From the sequence record SRR16203515_2613: 54,506 nt of DNA, one strand, 5' to 3'. Each line of letters starts with the position of its first letter. Within the stretch, counting starts at the first letter, position 1. A program made the translations under genes and the position numbers. The notes beneath the pieces were generated by a model, which did no database searches, was not told the DNA's origin, and worked only from the letters and a program-made list of their open reading frames with translations. This document shows, one piece after another, positions 17,493 to 27,730 of this stretch.

Positions 17493-19070
17493 ATGAAAGA
17501 CATTCAAAATTATCAACAGATGTATCGCGATGGCCGTTTAAGTCGGCGAGAGTTTTTGTCAGCGATGGGCGCACTCGGGATTTCTGCAGCGGCGGCCGGA
17601 ACGCTTTTGACGTCTGCCAGCGCCTTAGCATCATCACCAACCCGCGGTGGGTCTGTTATTTTCGCGTCCAATCTTCATGGACCTGATGACACGCTGGACC
17701 CGATTTTGGGTACGTCAACGATCGACTATACCCGTGCAAACACCATGTACAACGGTCTGATTCAAGTCGGGAACGACATGAGTCTGCATCCCGAGCTCGC
17801 TGAAGAGTGGGACGTTAATGATGACGCGACACAGTACACCTTCAAAATTCGAGAGGGCGTGGAGTTTCATGGCGGGGGAGAACTGACCGCTAAAGATGTC
17901 GTATTCAGTATGAATCGGCATATCGCGTCGGGCTCTCCCTCCTCGATTAAGTCTTTTTTCGCTAGTGTCATTGAATGGAGAGCGCTTGATAAGTACACCG
18001 TGAAGCTGAATCTCAATTCACCTGATGCGGATATGCCCATTAAATTGACTCAGCCGCAGGCGAAGATCGTGAAAGCCAACACCATGAACTGGTGGGAAGC
18101 GGGTACGGGCCCTTACAGGATGGATTCATTTCAGGCGGGTGTGAAGTCAACGCACTCACGGAACGACAACTACTGGCGTGACACCGGTCAATGGCTTGAT
18201 GGTATTGAGATCACTGCAATCACTGATCCCAACGCTCGGCTAAATGCATTGCTTGCGGGCAGTGTCGACATGGTCACCATGATCAACGCCAAGACGATCG
18301 ATCGTATTGAGGAGTCAGGTAACAAGGTATCGTCAATTCCTTCGGGTCTTTATGGCGGTATTTGTTGCCTTAAAAACACGGCGCCAGGGTCAGACGATGA
18401 CTTCGTCCAGGGCCTTCGTTACATCCAGGATCGAGAGCGAATTGTCCGCAAATTCCTCAGAGGTCAAGGTACCGTGGGTAATGATCATCCGATTAATATT
18501 GCATACGGCGGAGACCATTGTAGTGAGCTTCCGCAAATTGCATATGATCCGGACAAGGCTAAGTATCATTTGAATAAATCAGGCATCAACGAAGCGGAAG
18601 TTTACGTTGCGCCTGTCATCGGCTTTATCGAAGATGCCATGCTCCTGATGCAGGCCAACCTTAAAAAGATCGGGTTTAATCTGAAGATCAAAAAGGTGCC
18701 GACGGATGGATACTGGGGCGCGGTGTGGATGAAAGAGCCGCTGAACGTGGTGACTTGGAACATGCGTCCAACTGCTAACTCGATGATGGCGATTCAGTTC
18801 GCGCCGAACGGTAACTGGAACGATACATTCTGGAACGACGATCGTATGGGTGTATTGCTGAAGGACTCACTTGCAGAGACGGATCCGGCCAAGCGTCATG
18901 AGATGCATTGCGAGATGCAAAAACTGGTATCCACCAAGAGCGGTATGGTCATTCCGGCCCATACCAACATTTTGGATGCGCATAATCCTAAGATTCATGG
19001 CTTCTCAAATTGCCCATTAGGTCAGTTTGGCGGTAATGGATGGGCGGAGTTTATTTGGAAAGACGCATAA
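17493..19070 (+). CDS. ABC transporter substrate-binding protein, family 5 (Dpp/Opp-like), Tat signal
   Basis: SRREFL twin-arginine signal; TLDP, PELAEEW, YTFKIREGVEFH, DVVFS, GTGPY motifs. Confidence 0.9.
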   Translation: MKDIQNYQQMYRDGRLSRREFLSAMGALGISAAAAGTLLTSASALASSPTRGGSVIFASNLHGPDDTLDPILGTSTIDYTRANTMYNGLIQVGNDMSLHPELAEEWDVNDDATQYTFKIREGVEFHGGGELTAKDVVFSMNRHIASGSPSSIKSFFASVIEWRALDKYTVKLNLNSPDADMPIKLTQPQAKIVKANTMNWWEAGTGPYRMDSFQAGVKSTHSRNDNYWRDTGQWLDGIEITAITDPNARLNALLAGSVDMVTMINAKTIDRIEESGNKVSSIPSGLYGGICCLKNTAPGSDDDFVQGLRYIQDRERIVRKFLRGQGTVGNDHPINIAYGGDHCSELPQIAYDPDKAKYHLNKSGINEAEVYVAPVIGFIEDAMLLMQANLKKIGFNLKIKKVPTDGYWGAVWMKEPLNVVTWNMRPTANSMMAIQFAPNGNWNDTFWNDDRMGVLLKDSLAETDPAKRHEMHCEMQKLVSTKSGMVIPAHTNILDAHNPKIHGFSNCPLGQFGGNGWAEFIWKDA

Positions 19071-19093
19071 ACCTGCCAATTTAGTTGCAATTA

Positions 19094-19131
19094 AAAAGGG
19101 TTCGCACGTTGCTGTGCGAACCCTTTTGTTT
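19094..19131 (+). terminator. Intrinsic terminator/stabiliser between SBP and permease
   Basis: AAAAGGGTTCGCAC-gttgct-GTGCGAACCCTTTT, 14-bp arms, followed by GTTT. Confidence 0.85.
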
Positions 19132-19167
19132 GATCACCTCTTCTTTCAGGATTTTGGATAAATAAAA

Positions 19168-20133
19168 ATGATTTGGCGTGCGCTACTTGCTCGTTTAGGT
19201 ATCAGCCTTGTAACGCTGTGGGTGGTTTCTGTACTCATTTTTATCGGGACTAATTTATTGCCGGGGGATATTGCCCAAATCATTCTCGGCCAGATGGCAA
19301 CGCCGGAAAACACCGCAGTTCTGCGTGAAAAACTGGGACTCGATAAGCATCCTCTCGAGCAGTATCTTGTTTGGTTATCCAATGTGGCAATGGGAGATCT
19401 TGGTATCTCGAAAGCGGGATTGGGTGCTGGTCTCGGTACACCGATCGTTGAGATGCTTGGCCCGCGCATTGATAACACCGCGATGTTGACAGTATTAGTG
19501 GGCGCCATTGCGATACCGATCTCGGTAGCACTTGGATTACTGGCTGCGATGCATCCAGGTACCAAATTGGACCGAACCATCACCTTTTCAACTTTAAATA
19601 TTATTTCGATCCCTGATTTTTTAATCGCTACTATTCTGGTGCTGGTGTTTGCAGTCTCTCTGGGCTGGCTGCCCTCGATCGTTTATTTGCGAGGTGATGA
19701 GAGCGGTTGGGTGTTGATGAAAACGATTGCAATGCCGCTTATGACCCTCGTCATTTTGTGCTCTTCCCAGATTATTCGAATGACGCGAGCCACGGTGTTG
19801 AATGTGATGAGTTCGCCTTACGTCGAGATGGCGATTTTAAAAGGCATTCCACGTCGCCGGATTATTCTTCGCCACGCTCTTTTTAATGCGATTGGGCCGA
19901 TCGTTAATGTGATTGCCCTTAACCTTGCTTGGTTGGTGGGAGGTGTTGTGGTGGTCGAACAGATTTTTTCCTACCCGGGTCTCGCCAAATTAATGATCGA
20001 GGCCGTACAGATGCGGGATATGCCGCTCGTTCAGGCCTGTGCCATGATCTTTTGTGCAGTTTATGTTGTGTTGATATTTATCGCGGACATGGCGACGATT
20101 CTGTCAAACCCCCGTTTACGTCATCCCAAATAA
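19168..20133 (+). CDS. ABC transporter permease (DppB-like)
   Basis: LPGD, LGLD.HPLEQY, GDLG.S, EAA-like YVEMAILKG, VVEQIFSYPG, RDMPLVQ, NPRLR. Confidence 0.92.
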   Translation: MIWRALLARLGISLVTLWVVSVLIFIGTNLLPGDIAQIILGQMATPENTAVLREKLGLDKHPLEQYLVWLSNVAMGDLGISKAGLGAGLGTPIVEMLGPRIDNTAMLTVLVGAIAIPISVALGLLAAMHPGTKLDRTITFSTLNIISIPDFLIATILVLVFAVSLGWLPSIVYLRGDESGWVLMKTIAMPLMTLVILCSSQIIRMTRATVLNVMSSPYVEMAILKGIPRRRIILRHALFNAIGPIVNVIALNLAWLVGGVVVVEQIFSYPGLAKLMIEAVQMRDMPLVQACAMIFCAVYVVLIFIADMATILSNPRLRHPK

Positions 20134-20138
20134 AAATC

Positions 20139-21080
20139 ATGTCTGATCAAGCAAACAACACTGACCAATCGTTCAGCTTTGACGAATTGCCCGATGCGCC
20201 GCCAAAGCGCAAGATCAAGTTAAGTTGGCCGGGCAAGATTGGTATTGCGATTGTGCTCTTTTGGTCCGTGATAGTTGTCATTGGGCCGACGATCTCGCCT
20301 TATCATGAGGCTGATATTCTGGATGAAGATCTTTTTATTGTGCCCGGCAGTGATGAGATGTATCCGGATACCGAATTTCAACCACCGAGCAAAATCGTAT
20401 ATCTCGGCAGCGACTATATTGGTCGAGACCTGTTATCTCGTATTCTGTATGGCGCCCGGACCACAATCGGCATCTCGGTGCTCGCGACATTATTGGCTTA
20501 TTTGATTGGCGTGACGGCCGGCATTGCGGCATCGGTTGGGAGTAGTTATCTGGATATGGGATTGAGCCGTGTTAATGATGCGCTGTTGTCGATACCCTCG
20601 ATCATGTTTGCACTGGTGCTTATCGCGGCGTTAAACAGTCCGGGTATTTTCTGGTTGATTTTGATTACCGGTTTTATTTACGCGGCGAGCGTGTTTCGAA
20701 TCGCGCGCTCACTCGGGCAGGAAGTGATGGTGAGCGATTTTGTTGAAGCTGCCAAGGTCCGCGGTGAAGGACTATGGTGGATTATTACGCGTGAGATTCT
20801 GCCGAATATCGCCATGCCGCTGGCAACCGATTTTGGCTTGCGATTTGTCTGGGTCATATTGTTTATTTCGTCGTTGAGCTTCCTTGGGCTGGGCGTACAA
20901 CCCCCGATGTCGGATTGGGGCAGCATGGTCAAGGAGAATCTCCCGGGATTGGTTCTGGGTTCTTATGCGCCGCTCATGCCGGCTTTCGCGATTGCGAGTT
21001 TGACGATCTCGGTCAATATGATTGTGGATGATCTCTCTGCTGCAACAGGCGGCAAACTGGCAAAGAGAATGATCTCATGA
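20139..21080 (+). CDS. ABC transporter permease (DppC-like)
   Basis: LGSDYIGRDLLSRILYGAR, FVEAAKVRGE, SFLGLGVQPP.SDWG. Start placed at ATG 20139. Confidence 0.9.
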   Translation: MSDQANNTDQSFSFDELPDAPPKRKIKLSWPGKIGIAIVLFWSVIVVIGPTISPYHEADILDEDLFIVPGSDEMYPDTEFQPPSKIVYLGSDYIGRDLLSRILYGARTTIGISVLATLLAYLIGVTAGIAASVGSSYLDMGLSRVNDALLSIPSIMFALVLIAALNSPGIFWLILITGFIYAASVFRIARSLGQEVMVSDFVEAAKVRGEGLWWIITREILPNIAMPLATDFGLRFVWVILFISSLSFLGLGVQPPMSDWGSMVKENLPGLVLGSYAPLMPAFAIASLTISVNMIVDDLSAATGGKLAKRMIS

Positions 21081-22891
21081 GCGCGCTTCTTGAAGTAGAT
21101 AACTTACAAATTAGCGCGCGCAATGACGACGACGAGTTAACGCCTATTGTCAAAGGCGTCAGTTTTAATGTACAGCCTGGAGAGGTTGTGGCTTTAATTG
21201 GTGAGTCGGGTTCAGGCAAAACAACAATTGCACTTTCATCCCTGGGCTATACCAAGCCAGGGCTGGAATTTGTGGGGGGCGAGGTTAGACTCCACGGCGA
21301 AGACGTAATCTCAATGCAGAATGACCGATTGCGCGGACTACGGGGTCAACGCGTTGCTTATCTTGCGCAGAGTGCAGCAGCTACCTTTAATCCGGCGTTA
21401 ACTATTGGTGAGCAGGTGACCGAGTCAACCGTTTTGCACGGCCTGATGTCTCAAGAAGAGGCAAATCGCCGCGCTGAAGATCTGTATCGAGCCTTGGAGT
21501 TGCCAGACCCTGATCGGCTTGGAAAGCGATACCCTCATCAGGTATCAGGTGGTCAGTTACAGCGCTTGATGGCAGCAACCGCCCTTTGCGGAAAACCCGA
21601 TCTTTTGGTTCTTGACGAGCCCACAACGGCTTTGGATGTCACAACGCAAATTGAGGTTCTAAAGTCTTTTAAGTCAGTCATCCAGCAGGAAGGGGCATCC
21701 GCTATCTATGTGACACACGATCTCTCAGTGGTCGCGCAGATTGCTGATCATATCGTTGTGTTGTACGCGGGAGAGATTCAGGAGTATGGCACGGCCGACC
21801 AAGTCGTGACCCAACCGAGCCACGAATACACGCGACGATTGATGTATGCGGTTCGACCGCCGCCGGCCGCGGGCCAGGGCGATGAGACTTCTGATGAACA
21901 TCAGCGCAAAGCGCCCGCACTTGAGGTGAAAAATCTGCTTGCCGGTTACGGTAGAACCCAAAACGGCGCTCCTGAAATTACCGTGCTGCGCGATGTAAAT
22001 GTTGCGATTGAACGCGGACACAGCGTCGGTGTGATCGGTGAATCAGGCTGCGGTAAATCGACGCTGGCCCGGGTGATGGCTGGATTGCTGCCTGCGGCTC
22101 AGGGGGAAGTGCTGTTGGATGGCGCAGCATTGCAGCCTGCCTTGCAACAACGAAGTCGAAATGAGTTACAAAAAATACAGTTTGTATTCCAGATGGCGGA
22201 TACAGCGCTTAACCCGCGTCAGCGAATCGATAAGATACTGGGCCGCCCCGTTGAGTTTTATCACGGACTGAAGGGTGAAGAGAAACGCCGACGGGTCGGC
22301 GAGCTTTTACAGATGGTGGAACTGCCTCAGGAGTTTGCGGGAAGATACCCGGAAGAACTTTCGGGTGGACAAAAGCAGCGTATTAATCTCGCGCGTGCTT
22401 TAGCAGCGTCTCCTGAGGTGTTGCTTTGCGATGAGGTGATTTCGGCGTTGGATTCAATTGTGGGCGCAAATGTCATTGAGTTGTTAAAAAGACTACGCAA
22501 GCAGACCGGTGTCTCCTTCGTGTTTATCAGCCACGATCTTTCAACAGTCGCATCATTTGCTGATCAGATCGTGGTGTTGTATGCGGGTCGAGTGGTGGAG
22601 CAAGGACCAACCAACGCCGTGCTCTCGCCACCTTATCATCCCTATACCCGTCTTTTGATTAGTTCTGTTCCTGAGTTGCGGGTTGGCTGGTTAGAAGAAA
22701 CAATGGAGACCCAGGAGGCCCAGGCAGGTATTGATCGGGTGGTCACGCTTACCGATAAAGGGTGCCCATTTTTTGATCGTTGTCCGCGCGCAATGAAGGG
22801 AACTTGCGACGAAGAAACGCCGCCTGTGCGTAATGTGACCGGGAGCCATTCAATCGAATGTCATCTCAGTGAGGCTGAGTTCGCGCAGTAG
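21077..22891 (+). CDS. ABC transporter ATP-binding protein with two fused NBDs (DppD/F-like)
   Basis: Two Walker A motifs (GESGSGKT, GESGCGKS), two SGGQ signatures, C-terminal CPFFDRC...C oligopeptide-type tail. Confidence 0.93.
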   Translation: MSALLEVDNLQISARNDDDELTPIVKGVSFNVQPGEVVALIGESGSGKTTIALSSLGYTKPGLEFVGGEVRLHGEDVISMQNDRLRGLRGQRVAYLAQSAAATFNPALTIGEQVTESTVLHGLMSQEEANRRAEDLYRALELPDPDRLGKRYPHQVSGGQLQRLMAATALCGKPDLLVLDEPTTALDVTTQIEVLKSFKSVIQQEGASAIYVTHDLSVVAQIADHIVVLYAGEIQEYGTADQVVTQPSHEYTRRLMYAVRPPPAAGQGDETSDEHQRKAPALEVKNLLAGYGRTQNGAPEITVLRDVNVAIERGHSVGVIGESGCGKSTLARVMAGLLPAAQGEVLLDGAALQPALQQRSRNELQKIQFVFQMADTALNPRQRIDKILGRPVEFYHGLKGEEKRRRVGELLQMVELPQEFAGRYPEELSGGQKQRINLARALAASPEVLLCDEVISALDSIVGANVIELLKRLRKQTGVSFVFISHDLSTVASFADQIVVLYAGRVVEQGPTNAVLSPPYHPYTRLLISSVPELRVGWLEETMETQEAQAGIDRVVTLTDKGCPFFDRCPRAMKGTCDEETPPVRNVTGSHSIECHLSEAEFAQ

Positions 22892-23000
22892 CCGTTTTTG
22901 CTCAGACAGTCGCCATTGATGGCGAAAACGTGTGGTAAATATAATCCGTCACTCTCTTGGCTGACGTTGTATTTCTCGAAGGCTATGACAGAATGTACTG

Positions 23001-24107
23001 ATGTCTGAATATCGAACAACCGCTTTAGCCAAGAAACTGCCGTCGACCGTCCCTTTTGTTGGGCCCGAGGCGCAGGAGCGCGCGCAAGAAAGAGCGTTCC
23101 GCGTCCGGATCGGCGCAAACGAGAGCGTATTCGGACCTTCTCCTCAAGTTAAAAAAGCGATTAACGCCGCGGCGATCAATGCCTGGAAATATGGTGATCC
23201 TGAATTTTTTGATCTACGCCATGCCATTGCCGAGCATCATAAGGTAGCGCCTGAACACATCATGGTCGGTGAAGGAATTGACGGCTTGTTTGGCTACCTT
23301 GCCCGATTGTTTATTGAACCAGGAGATAAGGTTGTCACGTCGGCAGGTGCTTACCCGACGTTTAATTTCCATGTCGCGGGTTATGGTGGCGAATTAGCGC
23401 TCGCATCGTATCGGGATGATTATGAAGATCCTGATGCACTTATCGAGCTTAGCGAGATTCACCGCCCCAAATTAATTTATATCGCGAACCCTGATAATCC
23501 GATGGGGACATGGTGGCCGGCTCACACAATCGAAAAAATGATTGAGCAGGTACCTGATGGATCGCTCCTCGTACTCGATGAGGCTTACGGGGAGTTTGCG
23601 CCCGATGGCGTGCTGCCAAACATAGATCCTTTTGATCCTCGTGTCCTGCGTTTTCGAACATTCTCAAAGGCGTATGGTCTAGCTGGAATTCGGGTTGGAT
23701 ATGCCATTGGTGAACCCACCTTGATCAATGAGTTTAATAAAATTCGAAACCACTTTGGCGTAGGCAGTCTCGCGCAAGCCGCTTGTACGGCGGCGATCTC
23801 TGATCAGGCTTACTTGGTCCAGACGGTCGCGAATGTTGCAGCGGCAAGAGAGCAGCTTTATCAGATTGCGCTCGACAATGATATTCAGTCGATACCATCC
23901 GCAACAAACTTCGTGGCCCTGGATTGTGGCAGGGACGGCGAGTTTGCTTCCACGGTTTTAAAGCATCTGATTGGTAGCGGTATTTTTGTCAGGATGCCAG
24001 GGGTCGCGCCATTGAATCGATGCATCCGTGTGTCGGTGGGAGCGCAGAAAGATTTGGATCAGTTCTCTGAGGCGCTTAAAGGAGCGTTGAAATCAGTTTC
24101 AGGATGA
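23001..24107 (+). CDS. PLP-dependent aminotransferase, class I/II (HisC-like paralog)
   Basis: ANES.FGPS, ANPDNPMG, LDEAY, RTFSKAYGLAGIRVGY. Confidence 0.88.
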   Translation: MSEYRTTALAKKLPSTVPFVGPEAQERAQERAFRVRIGANESVFGPSPQVKKAINAAAINAWKYGDPEFFDLRHAIAEHHKVAPEHIMVGEGIDGLFGYLARLFIEPGDKVVTSAGAYPTFNFHVAGYGGELALASYRDDYEDPDALIELSEIHRPKLIYIANPDNPMGTWWPAHTIEKMIEQVPDGSLLVLDEAYGEFAPDGVLPNIDPFDPRVLRFRTFSKAYGLAGIRVGYAIGEPTLINEFNKIRNHFGVGSLAQAACTAAISDQAYLVQTVANVAAAREQLYQIALDNDIQSIPSATNFVALDCGRDGEFASTVLKHLIGSGIFVRMPGVAPLNRCIRVSVGAQKDLDQFSEALKGALKSVSG

Positions 24108-24146
24108 ATCACCGGTAAAAACTTATTTCTAAGTGAGGAGTAGATT

Positions 24147-24575
24147 ATGTCGATCAGTCTTGATCAAGCAAAAGTTGTTGTAGAGAGCACGATTGCTGAA
24201 GCCCGAAAACTCGACCTTAAACCTGTCAGCGTGATTGTGCTGGACCCGCGGGGATCGATTGTCTCGGCGGGCTCAGAAGATGGCGTGAGTGCAATGCGAG
24301 CGCAGATTGCTCATGGGAAGGCCAATGCGGCGATCCAGCTGGGCATGGGTACGCGAGCGCTGATGAATCGCGCAGAACAGCAGGCTTACTTTATTCAGGC
24401 GATGAATGGACTGGCCGGGGGTGATATGGTTCCGGTCCCGGGCGGTTTACTGTTGCGAGACGCATCCGGTGCGCTTTTGGGCGCCGTTGGTATTTCGGGA
24501 GATACGTCGGATAACGATGAGGCAGCCGCTTTAGGCGGCGTTGCGGCCGCAGGCCTTGCGGCAGAGACAGGTTGA
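24147..24575 (+). CDS. GlcG/HbpS family heme-binding protein
   Basis: IAHGKA, PVPGGLLLRD..G.LLGAVGISG.TSDNDE; GAGGAG RBS. Confidence 0.9.
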   Translation: MSISLDQAKVVVESTIAEARKLDLKPVSVIVLDPRGSIVSAGSEDGVSAMRAQIAHGKANAAIQLGMGTRALMNRAEQQAYFIQAMNGLAGGDMVPVPGGLLLRDASGALLGAVGISGDTSDNDEAAALGGVAAAGLAAETG

Positions 24576-24638
24576 ATCAGGAACGATCATTTAAATACAA
24601 GCGCCTGTCTGCTTGTGCTCGCGATTTTGAACAATGGG

Positions 24639-25550
24639 TTACGTCGCTAAGTTCTCCCGAAGCGTCTTGATATGTTCAACACCAAGTCCGCAACAGCATC
24701 CGAGTGCGTTGATCCCCTGCGCACACCATTCATTTGATGCTTGAAGATAATCCTCGGGCGAGATCACCCCATCAAAATCCCATGCATGCTTGTTGTGGTT
24801 TGTAACCCTATCTCCACGACTATGGGCATAAACCCCGGTCGAACCCGCCCAGCTGTCGTTGAGCTTGCTTAAGCATTCAGTAATGATATCCACCTCGGTA
24901 TGCATAATGCTAATCAAGGGAATCGTATAAGTCTTTAATGACTCTAATGCGCTTGATAGTGGTTCTCCGTTCCTCAGGCAGACAACGCCCTGGCTATCAA
25001 TCTTGCAGGTCACACCAACCCATACGGGCAGATCACTGGCGAGTGCCCCCTCCAGAGTGACACACATTCGATCAATATCGATCATCATTTCGAGCATCAG
25101 AAGATCAGCGCCGGCATTTTTCATAATGCCAGCCTGATCGGTAACGCTCGCGCTAAGTGCGCTCAGTGAAGGTTTGTTTCCCGTAAAGCTCCAGTAGGAG
25201 ATCCCGCCCGCCACCAGCACGTCAGGCGCTTGGGATTGATCGCGCGCTTCAACCGCTAGCTCCACGCCCCGGCGGTTGAGCGTCTCAAAATGCTCTGCCA
25301 TGCCGGCATCTCTCAGCGTGTGTTCGCAGGTCGCAAACGTATTGCTGATAATAATTTGAGATCCCGCCTCAATGTAATCCTGGTGAACTTCTCTTACGAT
25401 TGATGGATGACTCAGTGCGCCACCCCCGTTCCATGCATTGTTGAGTTGAGGAACACCTCGACGCTCGATCTCGGTGCCGGTCGCGCCATCGATAAGGATG
25501 AGTTCTCCTGCATCCATTCGAGACATTAGTTTTTGATATCGGTTGCTCAT
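24639..25550 (-). CDS. Homocysteine S-methyltransferase family protein
   Basis: ILIDGATGTEIERRG, H.DYI.AG..II.SNTF, C-terminal GCCCG..EHI. Confidence 0.85.
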   Translation of the reverse strand: MSNRYQKLMSRMDAGELILIDGATGTEIERRGVPQLNNAWNGGGALSHPSIVREVHQDYIEAGSQIIISNTFATCEHTLRDAGMAEHFETLNRRGVELAVEARDQSQAPDVLVAGGISYWSFTGNKPSLSALSASVTDQAGIMKNAGADLLMLEMMIDIDRMCVTLEGALASDLPVWVGVTCKIDSQGVVCLRNGEPLSSALESLKTYTIPLISIMHTEVDIITECLSKLNDSWAGSTGVYAHSRGDRVTNHNKHAWDFDGVISPEDYLQASNEWCAQGINALGCCCGLGVEHIKTLRENLAT

Positions 25551-25584
25551 CGGATCCCGAGAGTCCGTTTAAATATGATGTTTT

Positions 25585-26418
25585 TCAAGAGAGACCTTTG
25601 GGCTTGTGCTCAGAGTCCGCATATAGGGTTTGCGTAATCGCTTCGAGCGAGCGTTTTTGATGTGCGATATTTTCTAACGGATCCTGTGACACCGGACCGT
25701 GTTCAAGATCAAAGTGGCCAAAATGATCCTCCCCTCGGACCAGAATAGCAGTATCACGGGGACCTTCCTTGATTGCGTGAGTGGGTAGATAATCCATCAG
25801 CAGACCTATTCTGCGATCGTCAGATTGATTCAGTCCGGAGCTGTGAATAATGCCGTGGTTAATTACCGTGACTTCACCCGGGGCAAGTTCAATATCTAAA
25901 GCGGTTGAGTCGTCGAATGGCTCATCAATAAACTGGGCGCGCGATAAGATGCTTTTGGAATCATGCCCCTCCTGATGTGAGAGTAATGCCCATTTGTGTG
26001 AGCCGGGAATCACGCGAAGACATCCGCTATCGCGGGTCGCGGCACTCAATGCGAGCCAACAGATTGCCAGGAAGGGTTTCAATTTAATGTAGGCCGTATC
26101 CTGATGCCAAGCTGCATGCTGACCTGTATTCGACTCTTTGATTCGGAATGTGGAATTCCAGTGGAGTAGATTAGGGCCGAGAAGATCTTCCATCAGGTTC
26201 AGGAGGCGCTCATTTCTAGACAGGCGATCAACAGCAGGCAAAATCAGATTAGCTTTGAAATCAAGTTGTCCGGCCAGTTCAGGATGACGGGCTTCAAAGT
26301 CTTCAACTTGCGCTCGAAGCGAAATTGCCTCATCGGTGGCCAAGATTCGAACGGGCGGCAAGAAGCCAAACTCGTCAAAATGTTCAATCTGACTCTGGTT
26401 AAGAAGCAAAGTCTTCAT
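25585..26418 (-). CDS. Phytanoyl-CoA dioxygenase (PhyH) family Fe/2OG oxygenase
   Basis: WHQD, GCLRVIPGSH, IHSS..N.SDDRRIG; paralog of 1747-2577. Confidence 0.9.
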   Translation of the reverse strand: MKTLLLNQSQIEHFDEFGFLPPVRILATDEAISLRAQVEDFEARHPELAGQLDFKANLILPAVDRLSRNERLLNLMEDLLGPNLLHWNSTFRIKESNTGQHAAWHQDTAYIKLKPFLAICWLALSAATRDSGCLRVIPGSHKWALLSHQEGHDSKSILSRAQFIDEPFDDSTALDIELAPGEVTVINHGIIHSSGLNQSDDRRIGLLMDYLPTHAIKEGPRDTAILVRGEDHFGHFDLEHGPVSQDPLENIAHQKRSLEAITQTLYADSEHKPKGLS

Positions 26419-26605
26419 CTGTTGGCCTTCCGTTAGGGATATCCTGATGGTGTTTGTTCGAAATAAGCGTGCCTAAAATTGTAAAGTATTTTCGTCAGGT
26501 GATGATTCCGGGCTAAAAACCAGTTTTTATCAAAAAATAACTGGTGCGTTTGTCTCGGCAAAGGTATGATTTTGTGCGCATAAAAACATCCGGATTTCCT
26601 GAAAA

Positions 26606-27706
26606 ATGTATCAACTGACTCCTTCCATTCGCTTGAGGCGAACGCCTTTTTCAAATCGGGTTGAGCAGGCGGGCGCAACGGCCTTCACGATTTACAACCA
26701 TATGCGACTCGCCTCATTTTATGAGTCACCCGAAGCGGACTATCGACATTTAAAAAACGCAGTACAAGTATGGGATGTCTCCGTTGAACGCCAGGTGGAG
26801 GTCATAGGACCTGATGCATTGCGTCTGGTGCAGATGACGACGCCTCGGGATATGTCCAGAATGCAGGATGATCAGTGCTACTACATCCCGATGGTGGATA
26901 CCGACGGCAAGTTAATGAATGATCCGGTTGCGATACGCCTGAATCAAGATCGTTATTGGCTATCGTTGGCAGATTCGGACATGCTTCTTTACTGTAAAGG
27001 CCTGGCGGCCGCTGGAAAACTTGATGTCGAAGTTTTTGAGCCTGACGTGTCGCCGCTGGCTATTCAGGGGCCCAAAGCCGACGAACTGGTTGCTCGTGTA
27101 TTTGGCGAGGATGTCGTGAAAACGCGGTTTTTTAGACATACAACGATTAACTTCGAAGGCCAGGATATGATTCTGGCGAGATCGGGATGGTCCCATCAGG
27201 GGGGTTTTGAGCTTTATCTTGATGGAAGTGAGTACGGCGAGGCGGTTTGGGACGCGTTATTTGCCGCTGGTGAAGATCTTGATGTTCGGGCCGGGTGCCC
27301 CAACTTAATCGAGCGAATTGAAGCTGGATTGCTTTCATTTGGCAGTGATGTCACTTACGCCCATACGCCATTTGAGGCGGGGCTCACTAAGTATTGCAAT
27401 CTCGACACCGTTAAGGGGTTTCTTGGACGTGATGCCTTGATGAAGTTGAGGGATCCTGTGAGGCAGATTCGGGCATTATCGGTGGATGGTGATCCAGTAC
27501 CGCCGATCAATCATCCCTGGCCACTGCTCGATACATCAGGTTCAGTTGTGGGACATATCTCGTCTTCAACCTGGTCTCCGGATTTTGAGACTAATGTCAC
27601 CATCGCAATGGTAAACCGAACGCATTGGGATCATGACACAAAATTAACCGCCAAAATTCCTGATAGCGAACGCACGGCGACTGTACGATCAGGATTTTGG
27701 ATCTAA
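26606..27706 (+). CDS. dmdA: Dimethylsulfoniopropionate demethylase
   Basis: RLRRTPFS, YNHM, HLK.AVQVWDV..ERQV, PRDMSRMQDDQCYY, NDPVA, EPDVSPLAIQGP, RSGWS.QGGFE, VRAGCPNLIERIE.GLLS: the motif series I recall for Roseobacter/SAR11 DmdA. Confidence 0.88.
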   Translation: MYQLTPSIRLRRTPFSNRVEQAGATAFTIYNHMRLASFYESPEADYRHLKNAVQVWDVSVERQVEVIGPDALRLVQMTTPRDMSRMQDDQCYYIPMVDTDGKLMNDPVAIRLNQDRYWLSLADSDMLLYCKGLAAAGKLDVEVFEPDVSPLAIQGPKADELVARVFGEDVVKTRFFRHTTINFEGQDMILARSGWSHQGGFELYLDGSEYGEAVWDALFAAGEDLDVRAGCPNLIERIEAGLLSFGSDVTYAHTPFEAGLTKYCNLDTVKGFLGRDALMKLRDPVRQIRALSVDGDPVPPINHPWPLLDTSGSVVGHISSSTWSPDFETNVTIAMVNRTHWDHDTKLTAKIPDSERTATVRSGFWI

Positions 27707-27730
27707 GGCATTTGAGAAATATTAAACGTT

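Noticed and set aside
19929-20138. Long N-terminal extensions in the ORF track (also 3385-3417, 34333-34431, 45549-45674, 54061-54159)
   Set aside because: They overlap upstream genes and precede the family-typical N-termini; downstream ATGs fit better.
23001-24107. Calling the aminotransferase hisC
   Set aside because: No his biosynthesis genes are adjacent, and family motifs alone do not establish the substrate.
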